The notes under the pieces were generated by a model, which saw nothing but the letters and a program-made list of their open reading frames with translations, had not been told where the DNA came from and searched no databases. 64,000 nucleotides of DNA from an uncultured Candidatus Saccharibacteria bacterium (GTDB taxonomy: Bacteria; Patescibacteriota; JAQUNI01). The first letter of the stretch is position 1, and each line of letters opens with the position of its first letter. The position numbers were made by a program, and so were the translations under genes. The stretch is taken from positions 755 to 64,754 of the forward strand of contig CAZKRD010000004.1 in assembly GCA_964555185.1 (NCBI GenBank), read 5' to 3'. Positions 12,201-18,332 of this stretch are shown piece after piece.

Positions 12201-13827
12201 AATCGAAGCCTCTGGCACCCTAGCAAATGCCGACCCTCTCTACATCGGAGTAGATGATGACGGCTCTTCCAATCCTTGGGATGGTGAGATCGATGAACTT
12301 AAGATCTACCGTTTTACCTTGACGCCAGAAGAGATCAAACAAGAATACAATCAAAGCAAAAGCCTTGTTTTGGGTTCAAAGTCAACAGAATCTGACGGCA
12401 CCACTCCATCCAATTCAGCTTCAAGGGAGTACTGCGTCCCTGGAGACACAACATTTTGTGATCCGCCAGTGGCGCACTGGCGGATGGATACAAAAGGAGG
12501 GGATACGGCTTATGATTTAGCCGGATCGAATGACGGCACCTTGGGCAGCGGCGCTGGCGCTGACTCTGCTGATCCTGTGTGGCGACATGAAGACCGCTGC
12601 CACGAAGCGGGCTGTCTTGATTTTGATGGGGTGGATGATTATGTGGATGCGGGGAACGATGATTCTTTGACTAATATCAGTGAACTTACAATTTCAGCTT
12701 GGATAAATAGCCCTCTTCTATTTGAGGAATCTGCTGGCTCTGATTTAGGGTCTATTGTAGACAACGATGATAATGAAAATTATCAAATGAGAGTTAATGA
12801 GGATGGTCAAGTAATTCTTAATCTAGGTGGCGCATGGAATGCGTGTAGAACTGCAGGTGGAGCTATAACAGCAAATACTTGGCATCATCTTGTAGGCACA
12901 TACGATGGCTCAAATTGTGAAATTTTTGTTGATGGAATTAGTAAAGATACTGGAACAGGTGGAGCATTAATTGATTCTGCAGAACCTGTTTATATTGGCA
13001 AAAGAAAAGATACGGCTACTGAACGTTTTAATGGTATCATAGACGACGTCCGTATATACGACTACGCCCGAACACCAGCCCAAATCGCCTGGGAGTATAA
13101 TAGGGGAGCGCCTGTTGGCTGGTGGAAAATGGATGAGGGTCAGGATTCAGAAACAACCTGCAACGCCACTGGCTCAACTGTGTATGACTACTCTGGCAAC
13201 GGCAATAACGGAACCCTTTCACTCCAACCTGCTGGCAACACAGCCACTACAACTGCATGGTCCGAAGGCAAATACTCCTGCGCCCTCGACTTTGACGGCA
13301 CTGATGATTATGTGGAGATCGGAGATAGTGACTCTTTAGATAACACAAACCAATTGACAATTTCTACTTGGGTTTATCCAGAATCTATTTCCAATAGAGG
13401 TATTTTGGCAAAAAGAGTTGCTTTTCAGGATAATCACTCATATGACCTTTATTTTGCTTCAAGTAAATTATATGTTGATATTGATAGTAATAATGATAGA
13501 TTTAGTAGTAATAAAATTTTCAGCACCAACCAATGGTATCATATTGTGGTTGTGTATGATGGAACATTAGCATCTGCTCAGCGGGCTAAAGTTTATGTAG
13601 ATGGTGTTTTGGACAAAACGGCAACTGAAACAAGCACATCTATTCCAAACTACGCCTCGAATTTTTATATTGGGGTTTTAAAAACAGACCCTGGGACAAC
13701 TTGGGAATTCGACGGTCTCATAGACGACGTCCGCATATACAACTACGCCCTAACCCCGTTGCAAATTCGCACACTTTACAACGAGAATTCAGCGGTGAGA
13801 TTTGGACCTACCGAGGGATTGCCGTAA
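6271..13827 (+). CDS. Giant membrane-anchored multi-lectin protein. N-terminal TM helix, at least 9 LamG-like (Laminin_G_3/concanavalin-A-like jelly-roll) domains and two CBM_4_9-like modules
   Basis: The unit W(W/K)(L/F)DEGxG..aYD.SgN.n.GT.....G..G.al.FDGtdDYv...WhHiavtYD...lYvDG....iDdvRIY(D/N)YA(R/L)T..qI recurs about 9 times. NLIQDGSMENGGIGEWQ and NLIDDGGMEG look like carbohydrate-binding-module starts. The hydrophobic stretch at aa 18-40 is a signal anchor. Confidence 0.75.
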   Translation: MLLKIKKPICWFKKLSKRVLFLIILGIFFVGAGVFTIVAVNNRGNEPVAWWRLDEGYGTSAYDASANSNTGTIINAVWKNEPYCKTGKCLYFDGTNDYLSIINDSTLNPTEGVTIETWARPNNFDSSASLIKKDQQYSLDIAQGVPNFRAYANSRWYSAIGGERAWLFREPADNQLTGDGGATFTEAFGYRALTPANLTAEKGVLITDADGSGSGSGDNLQYSRGSQSTPDGTNVVYENFDPNQGTLEFWVRPNWDGDDGLRHYITQGWHDTNNRFQIRKDISTNDLYFSYYANSSGADVGAYDISSWNAGVWHHIIGVWDKNNVTNGTDNITLYVDGSRIAGNVTDPGQAEGVDTDFHIGSGRDGADQFNGTIAGRILNRPLTSTEVTALYNSGAGSTDTFTVTPDTVWMGTYSDDSTTATYWHTGKSVSAIADGANEDTLTTASGADNSFSDNDRVVVYDGTGYKVEGCVDGAPSDTSVAVDNCADADPGTTENIGVHAELDSSTPEYFYNAAASMKPGDGVDFYVAAWVNPAVVGTYIIFQSGLPYAWVDRAGYYFYMSGDKIGIRLDDETDTGGGAFTSEACIVADKWQHIAVRVDRDDLAYFFCNGYAAGTANVSGYDGDLSDAAITRIGTGYNGAGNPQYSFDGKIRDVRIQVGGTQPSDAQILYQATHPLDYTASSWTLNGSRGYYTMTDSDMSSGLTASGDAIALLTAGGGNPREQEAFVSKNLIQDGSMENGGIGEWQVGDVATTLAKDTTTIKYDNQSLKITNADASQAFARQSITTVAGEDYYFNGWFYGPSTVNGASQLVDVDATAALGVTATQAGAIASTWKEVDFCFEAGDTSTDIDLGSGSVIDTEIGYWDSVKLLPNLIDDGGMEGAYTSCGASLTLSSVNTTFTSTRVTDGSAWTLSSVISGYIAIASGGSKGMITVVDDGSDYVDVENWDAGTPSNGETVRIYYALPDGWSTSICNSASKPRRLEGRTGSYAQQLRMGAASCTHYLYQDIAGYEDFKGKYLTLSAWVNGNWSIGAGSCTPPYIMIDDGVSTVSSETKSVDDGWEKLIITKLISDSATKIRVRLYVPYYIYSTWDDISLVVLDDISPSTATPSTEANSFGTGKWSDTNGAFLVDGGDTLTYTQSGNLDNEAGTVAFWVKPNGYDESTPVDKYWIDTRDSTPDQGFYVYMNSTEDDVVFAGNDSVNVWAATSTAIDWSVNAWHHIAVTYDCSQAGGSDEVYLYIDGSVAASDTSETCASWTLPTNMYVNSDYAGANQGDAYLDDIRTYDSVLSSTEITDIYNNTKLRTVSANEWAHLTGVYSKDDANLKIYKNGVLQNTVAVGASYDLATSSNNLMLGEAFFGFLDEPRIYDYARTADQVKADYVAASSLRGASGRAVTVGEGIDSSEGLVAHWAMDESAWDGTTDEVVDSSGNANHGVRVADANTTSTAKYGRAGTFDGTGDYVDIGIGPTAVNVVAFWANPGTTSDYFIDLNGSAYISVSSGTLSATGFTDPTIYVNGAVSNTIVASAWQHIVVTTNTSINASDLDIGRLEGTDDYQGEIDDVKMYSVIRSASQIRKDYETGPPPDLHLKMDENTGDTVYDTAGENDGILGTGSGVDVRDPSWAPGKYGSGLKLDGYDDRIIVSHGSAFEFGRGNFTIAFWAKIIDNIRMGKDYYYGESPAGENRWAIHSAGYGQGIMWQSANCGDGSNDVMVGAGSSGDYADGEWRHFAFVKKDQIGYWYINSVDKTSWRSDSFADFGCSLSNDRTLVMGRYTRYPVDGTDYMDGSFDDFRVYKYARTQKQIMEDMNAGHPAVGSPVGSYVGYWKFDEGYGTTAYDNSVNDNDLTLSNESWETDCKFDSCWDGDGTEYVYRNDDPDFDFGATDDFAITGWFKHDTIADNPDYLVVKNNGKGYKIYMDSDGDLAFGIDDDASFDPDDVVGDDQSKNYDDNTWHHFAAIANDTTSIKLYVDGIKIDEDTTIEASGTLANADPLYIGVDDDGSSNPWDGEIDELKIYRFTLTPEEIKQEYNQSKSLVLGSKSTESDGTTPSNSASREYCVPGDTTFCDPPVAHWRMDTKGGDTAYDLAGSNDGTLGSGAGADSADPVWRHEDRCHEAGCLDFDGVDDYVDAGNDDSLTNISELTISAWINSPLLFEESAGSDLGSIVDNDDNENYQMRVNEDGQVILNLGGAWNACRTAGGAITANTWHHLVGTYDGSNCEIFVDGISKDTGTGGALIDSAEPVYIGKRKDTATERFNGIIDDVRIYDYARTPAQIAWEYNRGAPVGWWKMDEGQDSETTCNATGSTVYDYSGNGNNGTLSLQPAGNTATTTAWSEGKYSCALDFDGTDDYVEIGDSDSLDNTNQLTISTWVYPESISNRGILAKRVAFQDNHSYDLYFASSKLYVDIDSNNDRFSSNKIFSTNQWYHIVVVYDGTLASAQRAKVYVDGVLDKTATETSTSIPNYASNFYIGVLKTDPGTTWEFDGLIDDVRIYNYALTPLQIRTLYNENSAVRFGPTEGLP

Positions 13828-13871
13828 TAACGATTATATGCGAATTTGCAACGGGGCTAACCCAAACCAAA

Positions 13872-13900
13872 CCCCGTTAGAGGTTTACCTCTAAACGGGG
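13872..13900 (+). terminator. Strong stem-loop (ccccgttagagg-ttta-cctctaaacgggg) in the 3' UTR of the giant LamG gene. It is part of nested inverted repeats that include a 17-bp IR spanning the stop codon (13757 ccccgttgcaaattcgc / 13838 gcgaatttgcaacgggg). No clean U-tract follows
   Basis: Palindromes read directly from the sequence. Confidence 0.35.
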
Positions 13901-14038
13901 CAAATTAAGAATGTATTTAACGAGGGCTCCGTCGTCCGCTTCGGCCCAACAGAAGGATTGCCTTGATAAAACAATTTTTAAATGCCTTGTTTTGGTTAAT
14001 TTTTCTTGTTAAAGTTCAGTTAAACAAAACAATAATAT

Positions 14039-17000
14039 ATGTTTGCAAAAGTTAATCCCAGGCCCAATTTTCCAAAAATCGAAAAAAAGATTTTAGATTA
14101 TTGGGCGAAAAATAAAATATTTAAAAAAAGCGTAGACAAGAAAGCAAGCAAAGGCAACTACGTGTTTTTTGAGGGTCCGCCAACAGCAAATGGCAAACCC
14201 GGCGTGCATCATATAGAGGCGCGGGCTTTTAAGGATTTGTTTCCGCGCTATAAAACAATGCGAGGGCACAGGGTAGTAAGGAAAGCGGGCTGGGACACGC
14301 ACGGATTGCCGGTTGAATTGGAGGTTGAGAAGAATTTAGGGTTCTCGGGCAAGCGCGACATTGAGGAGTATGGGATCGAGAGGTTTAACAGGAAATGTAA
14401 AGTTTCAGTCTGGAAATACAAAGAGGATTGGGAAGAGATGACCCGCCGGATTGGTTTTTGGCTGGATATGGAAGATCCTTATGTTACTTTTGATAATGAT
14501 TATATTGAATCGGTTTGGTGGATAATAAAGCAGGTTTGGGATAAAGGATTGCTCTATCAGGGCCATAAGGTCGTCCCCTATTGTCCGCGGTGCGGAACCG
14601 CGCTTTCGAGCCATGAGGTGGCGCAGGGGTATAAGAAAGTGAAAGAGGAGAGCGTGTTCGTTAAGTTCAAAATCAAAGATCAAATCTCAAAAATCAAAAA
14701 TACAAATCAAAAGTCAAAAATTAAAATCACTTCGCGATTTTTGAATGGAAAAGAGGATGTTTATTTTTTAGCCTGGACCACGACGCCTTGGACTCTGCCA
14801 GGGAATTTGGCATTGGCTTTGGGGGAGGATATTGATTATGTTTTAGTAGAAGTAGGAGCAGGCCTTGTGCCTGCCCTGCATCGGAATGACGCAGAGCCTG
14901 CCCAGGGCGACCACAAGGGTCGCCCCTACAGAGAATGTTTCATTTTGGCCCGAGAGCGGTTGGAAATTTTAGAGGGGAAGTATAAGATAATTAAGGAATT
15001 TAAAGGTAAGGATTTGGCAGGGACCCCCTATGAGCCGTTGTATCCGGTTTTTAGCGGCGAAGAGAGCGAGCATATCTACCATTCTGTTTTGGCCGATTTT
15101 GTAACCACAGATGAGGGCACGGGGATTGTCCATACGGCTGTGATGTATGGGGAGGATGACTATCGGTTGGGAGAGAAGTTGGGGCTGCCGAAAAGACATA
15201 CAGTAAACTTACAAGGTAAATTCAAAGTCAAAAATCAACCTTCGAGTCCTGAGCCTCAGGTCGAGGGAAAGTCAAAAATAGAAGCTGCTTTGCAGCTTTT
15301 GAGAAAGATAGAGGGCAAATTTGTTAAGGATGCGGAGGGTGATATAGTTTCTGATTTAAAGAAGCGCGGATTGTTTTATAAATCCGAGATGTATGAACAT
15401 GATTATCCGTTCTGCTGGCGGTGCAAGACGCCGCTTTTATACTATGCGAAGAAGAGTTGGTTTATTGCGATGAGTAAATTGCGTAAAAAACTAAAGGAGA
15501 ATAATGAAGAAATTAATTGGGTTCCAGACTATCTCAAACACGGCCGTTTTGGTAAATGGCTGGAGGAGGTCAAGGATTGGGCTGTATCGAGGGAGAGGTA
15601 TTGGGGAACGCCGCTGCCGGTTTGGCAATGCCAAACTGGTAATTTCCAATTTCCAATTTCCAATTTCCAAACAAATTACAAATTACAAATTTCAAATTCC
15701 AGACAGTGTGGTAATGTTAGAGTTATTGGTTCTGTAAAAGAGTTAGAAAAATTGAGTAATAGGAAAATTGGGGATTTGCATCGGCCGGATATTGACAAGA
15801 TTAAGTTTAAATGTGAAAAATGCGGCGGGGAGATGAGGAGAGTATTGGAGGTAATTGATTGTTGGTTTGATGCGGGTTCAATGCCGTTTGCCCAGTATCA
15901 TTATCCATTTGAAAATAAGGCAAAGATAGACCGAGGAGAGCAGTACCCTGCTGATTTTATTTGCGAGGCAATCGACCAGACCCGAGGCTGGTTTTATACG
16001 CTTTTGGCGATTTCAACGCTCTTAGATAAGGGCACTTCTTATAAAAATGTGATTTCTTTGGGTCATGTTTTGGACGTTCGAGGCCAAAAAATGAGCAAAT
16101 CGCGTGGGAATGTGGTTGATCCTTTTAAAGCTTTAGAGCAATATAGCGCAGATGCTTTGCGCTGGTTTTTCTATACCGTGAATAAGCCGCAGGAATCAAA
16201 GAATTTTGACCCGCAGATTTTGCGCGATATTGTCTCGCGGTTTATTTTGACGCTGTGGAACTCGTATTCTTTTTTTGTGACGTATGCGAATATTGATAAA
16301 TTTGGTAGGGGCGACCCTAAGTGGTCGCCCGGCACGAGATTTTACAGAAGAGGGCGGCCACACGGGGCCGCCCCTACGGGGAATATTTTGGATAAGTGGA
16401 TTATTTCTAGATTAACAGGGTTGAACAAAAAAATTGTTCAATACTTGGATGATTACAATGTCTTGCGATCAGCCAAAGAGATTGAGAAGTTTGTTGACGA
16501 TTTATCCAATTGGTATATTAGGCGTTCACGCCGCAGGTTTTGGAAGAGCGAAGACGATCAGGATAAAACAGAAGGATATCAAACCTTGTATTTTGTGCTG
16601 GTCAATTTAAGCAAAATCTTAGCTCCTTTTATGCCCTTTGTTTCGGAAGAGATTTATCGCAACTTGACCGGAGACGATTCAGTGCATTTAGCCGCCTTTC
16701 CGGAAATAGATCAGAAATTATTTGATCAGAAGCTGAATCAGCAGATGGAATTTGTCCGTCAGGTTGTGGCTTCGGGCTTAAGCTTAAGGGCAAAGGCGGG
16801 GATTAAAGTTCGCCAGCCTTTAAGTAAATTCAAAGTGCAAAGTGCAAAGTGCCTGCCTTCGCCAAGGCTTCGGCAGGCAGGCAAAGTGACCGCAGGTCAT
16901 CTTGAGCGTCAGCCAAGGATCTCACCTCCTTTGTTAGAGTTGATTAAAGAAGAGCTGAATGTGAAGGAGGTTAAGTTTGTTTCTGGGCTTAAGAAGGCGA

Positions 17001-17338
17001 AAGGCTTCTTGACAGCAGAAGAGGGAGGAATTAAAGTTGGTTTGGATACGAAAGTTACTCCAGAATTAAAGCGCGAAGGGATGGCGCGCGATTTAGTCAG
17101 GGCGATTCAAGAGGCGCGCAAAAAAGCAGGCTTTCAGGTTTCAGATCGGATTGAATTGTTTGTAGAAAGAAAAGGTATGAAGTTCAATAAAGCGATTTCA
17201 GAGTGGGAAGAGTATATTAAGAAAGAGACTTTAGCAGTTAAGATTAGCGATCAGAAGGGTGATGTTGATTATAGTGAGATAGTGAAAATAGAGGGAGAAG
17301 AGGTTTGGGTAGGAGTAAAGAAGATTAAGTCAGATTAA
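14039..17338 (+). CDS. ileS: Isoleucine--tRNA ligase carrying about 6 in-frame repeat-element insertions
   Basis: Class I motifs P..ANG.PGVHH and KMSKSRGN, WTTTPWTLP, and a C-terminal Zn region. Insert coordinates are listed as separate repeat features. Confidence 0.9.
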   Translation: MFAKVNPRPNFPKIEKKILDYWAKNKIFKKSVDKKASKGNYVFFEGPPTANGKPGVHHIEARAFKDLFPRYKTMRGHRVVRKAGWDTHGLPVELEVEKNLGFSGKRDIEEYGIERFNRKCKVSVWKYKEDWEEMTRRIGFWLDMEDPYVTFDNDYIESVWWIIKQVWDKGLLYQGHKVVPYCPRCGTALSSHEVAQGYKKVKEESVFVKFKIKDQISKIKNTNQKSKIKITSRFLNGKEDVYFLAWTTTPWTLPGNLALALGEDIDYVLVEVGAGLVPALHRNDAEPAQGDHKGRPYRECFILARERLEILEGKYKIIKEFKGKDLAGTPYEPLYPVFSGEESEHIYHSVLADFVTTDEGTGIVHTAVMYGEDDYRLGEKLGLPKRHTVNLQGKFKVKNQPSSPEPQVEGKSKIEAALQLLRKIEGKFVKDAEGDIVSDLKKRGLFYKSEMYEHDYPFCWRCKTPLLYYAKKSWFIAMSKLRKKLKENNEEINWVPDYLKHGRFGKWLEEVKDWAVSRERYWGTPLPVWQCQTGNFQFPISNFQTNYKLQISNSRQCGNVRVIGSVKELEKLSNRKIGDLHRPDIDKIKFKCEKCGGEMRRVLEVIDCWFDAGSMPFAQYHYPFENKAKIDRGEQYPADFICEAIDQTRGWFYTLLAISTLLDKGTSYKNVISLGHVLDVRGQKMSKSRGNVVDPFKALEQYSADALRWFFYTVNKPQESKNFDPQILRDIVSRFILTLWNSYSFFVTYANIDKFGRGDPKWSPGTRFYRRGRPHGAAPTGNILDKWIISRLTGLNKKIVQYLDDYNVLRSAKEIEKFVDDLSNWYIRRSRRRFWKSEDDQDKTEGYQTLYFVLVNLSKILAPFMPFVSEEIYRNLTGDDSVHLAAFPEIDQKLFDQKLNQQMEFVRQVVASGLSLRAKAGIKVRQPLSKFKVQSAKCLPSPRLRQAGKVTAGHLERQPRISPPLLELIKEELNVKEVKFVSGLKKAKGFLTAEEGGIKVGLDTKVTPELKREGMARDLVRAIQEARKKAGFQVSDRIELFVERKGMKFNKAISEWEEYIKKETLAVKISDQKGDVDYSEIVKIEGEEVWVGVKKIKSD
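14668..14730 (+). repeat. In-frame AT-rich simple-sequence patch inside ileS (aaatcaaagatcaaatctcaaaaatcaaaaatacaaatcaaaagtcaaaaattaaaatcac, encoding KIKDQISKIKNTNQKSKIKIT)
   Basis: Same caaag/caaaa module family as the intergenic repeats. Codes a low-complexity K/I/N peptide between conserved IleRS blocks. Confidence 0.5.
14858..14930 (+). repeat. In-frame GC-rich insert inside ileS. It ends in a reverse-orientation REP palindrome gggcgaccacaagggtcgcccctac (14905-14929)
   Basis: 8-bp perfect stem gggcgacc/ggtcgccc plus a cccctac tail, which is the reverse complement of the gtaggggcgac head found in the RAYT gene. Confidence 0.6.
15218..15281 (+). repeat. In-frame hairpin mini-element inside ileS, flanked by the direct repeat aagtcaaaaat
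   Basis: caaagtcaaaaatcaacc-ttcgagtcctgagcctcaggtcgaggg-aaagtcaaaaatag. GC-rich palindromic core in an AT-rich gene, with an 11-bp flanking duplication. Confidence 0.5.
15641..15700 (+). repeat. In-frame heptamer microsatellite (ttccaat x4 followed by caaattacaaattacaaatttcaaattcc) inside ileS, encoding NFQFPISNFQTNYKLQISN
   Basis: The identical ttccaatttccaatttcc array also occurs in metG (28938-29003) and in the 55.06-55.14 kb palindrome. Confidence 0.65.
16352..16377 (+). repeat. In-frame REP-like palindrome inside ileS (gggcggccacacggggccgcccctac)
   Basis: Stem ggcggcc/ggccgcc plus a cccctac tail. Encodes RGRPHGAAPTG. Confidence 0.55.
16827..16890 (+). repeat. In-frame type-2 GC hairpin element inside ileS (caaagtgcaaagtgcaaagtg-cctgccttcgccaaggcttcggcaggcagg-caaagtgacc), flanked by the direct repeat gcaaagtg
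   Basis: Inverted ends cctgcc..ggcagg. The same core occurs in tgt (21617-21669) and at 57427-57470. Confidence 0.65.
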
Positions 17339-17339
17339 T

Positions 17340-17472
17340 TTTCAATTTTCAAGTACCAATTTACAATCAATTTTCAATAACCAATGATTAAATGTTCAAA
17401 CGGTTTGAAAATTTAATCATTTAAAATTATGATTTGATTGAAAATTGAGAATTGTAAATTGAAAATTAACCA
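17340..17472. repeat. AT-rich long imperfect palindrome (ttttcaa/ccaatga modules, centre caaacggtttg) filling the ileS-recO spacer
   Basis: The left arm ttttcaattttcaagtaccaatttacaatcaattttcaataaccaatgattaaatgttcaaac is approximately the reverse complement of the right arm. Confidence 0.75.
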
Positions 17473-18210
17473 ATGTATTTTTCGAAAAAAATAAAAGGGA
17501 TTGTGATTAAGCGAAGGAAGCACCAAGAGGCGGATTTGATTTTGACGATTTTTTCTGAAAGTTTAGGCAAGATTGAGGCGCGGGCCAGGGGATTGCGCAA
17601 GGCGAAAAGTAAAATGGCTGGCCAGTTGGAGCTTTTTAATCTAGTAAAAATAGAACTTCATCGCGGCAGGTTTTGGGATTTGATTATTGGCGCGGAAAGC
17701 ATTAATAATTTTTCTAACCTTAAAGCAAACCTTAAAAAATTGGTCCTTGCTCATTTTTTCGCGGAATTTGTTGACAAGTTTACGCCAGAAGGAGGGAAGG
17801 ATATCCGTTTTTACAATATTTTTCGGGATATTTTTTTGGATTTAGATCGTTTTTCAAAGAGGCGAGAGTATTTGAGAGCTTTTATTGGTGGCGAGGTTAG
17901 ACTTTTAAAACATTTAGGCCTCACTCCCTGTTTGGATCGGTGTCTCGGCTGCGGCGCTCTTCTTTCGGGCGGCCGTTTTAAATTGGGAGAAGGAGGGGTC
18001 TATTGCCCAAATTGCTCGACAGGGGTAAAGTACAGTGATTCGATTGACCAGAGGACACTTTCGTTTTTATCCCAAGAGACGCGAAGTCAGGCGCGAGAGG
18101 TCAAAGGCAATGAGCAGGATCTGAAGAAAGTCAGCTTGGCGCTGGCAGGATTCTTTGCCGCGGCCTGTCTTGAGAGGCCAAGGGCGCTTGAGTTTATTAA
18201 AAAGCTTTAA
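17473..18210 (+). CDS. recO: DNA repair protein RecO
   Basis: N-terminal OB-fold pattern (GIVIKRRKHQEADLILTIFSESLGKI) and a C-terminal CxxC...CxxC zinc finger. Confidence 0.7.
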   Translation: MYFSKKIKGIVIKRRKHQEADLILTIFSESLGKIEARARGLRKAKSKMAGQLELFNLVKIELHRGRFWDLIIGAESINNFSNLKANLKKLVLAHFFAEFVDKFTPEGGKDIRFYNIFRDIFLDLDRFSKRREYLRAFIGGEVRLLKHLGLTPCLDRCLGCGALLSGGRFKLGEGGVYCPNCSTGVKYSDSIDQRTLSFLSQETRSQAREVKGNEQDLKKVSLALAGFFAAACLERPRALEFIKKL

Positions 18211-18332
18211 TCAATTTTCAATAACCAATGAATAAATTTTCAAACAAAACCATTTTCGCAGGTTTGAAAATTAAATCATTGAACCTTCGGATTTGATTGA
18301 AAATTGAGATTTGTAAATTGAAAATTACCTTT
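18211..18332. repeat. AT-rich palindromic element, same family, with core ttttcaaacaaaaccattttcgcaggtttgaaaatt
   Basis: The core is the reverse complement of the core at 57200-57240, so the same element is present in both orientations. Confidence 0.75.

Noticed and set aside
7462-13339. Small ORFs on either strand inside the LamG gene (for example 7462-7770, 9590-9835, 10457-10717, 11939-12142 and 13037-13339)
   Set aside because: Fully embedded in a 7.5-kb gene with clear domain periodicity. They give His/Cys/Arg-rich nonsense translations.
1-13900. Prophage origin for the tail-fibre-like giant gene
   Set aside because: There are no capsid, terminase, integrase or other phage genes in the window, and the neighbours are a lectin-array surface protein and housekeeping genes. 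A cellular surface protein with phage-like architecture is the better reading.
15641-15700. CRISPR-like array suggested by the ttccaat tandem repeats in ileS and metG
   Set aside because: The 7-nt units have no spacers, lie inside ORFs, and have no cas genes nearby. This is a microsatellite, not CRISPR.
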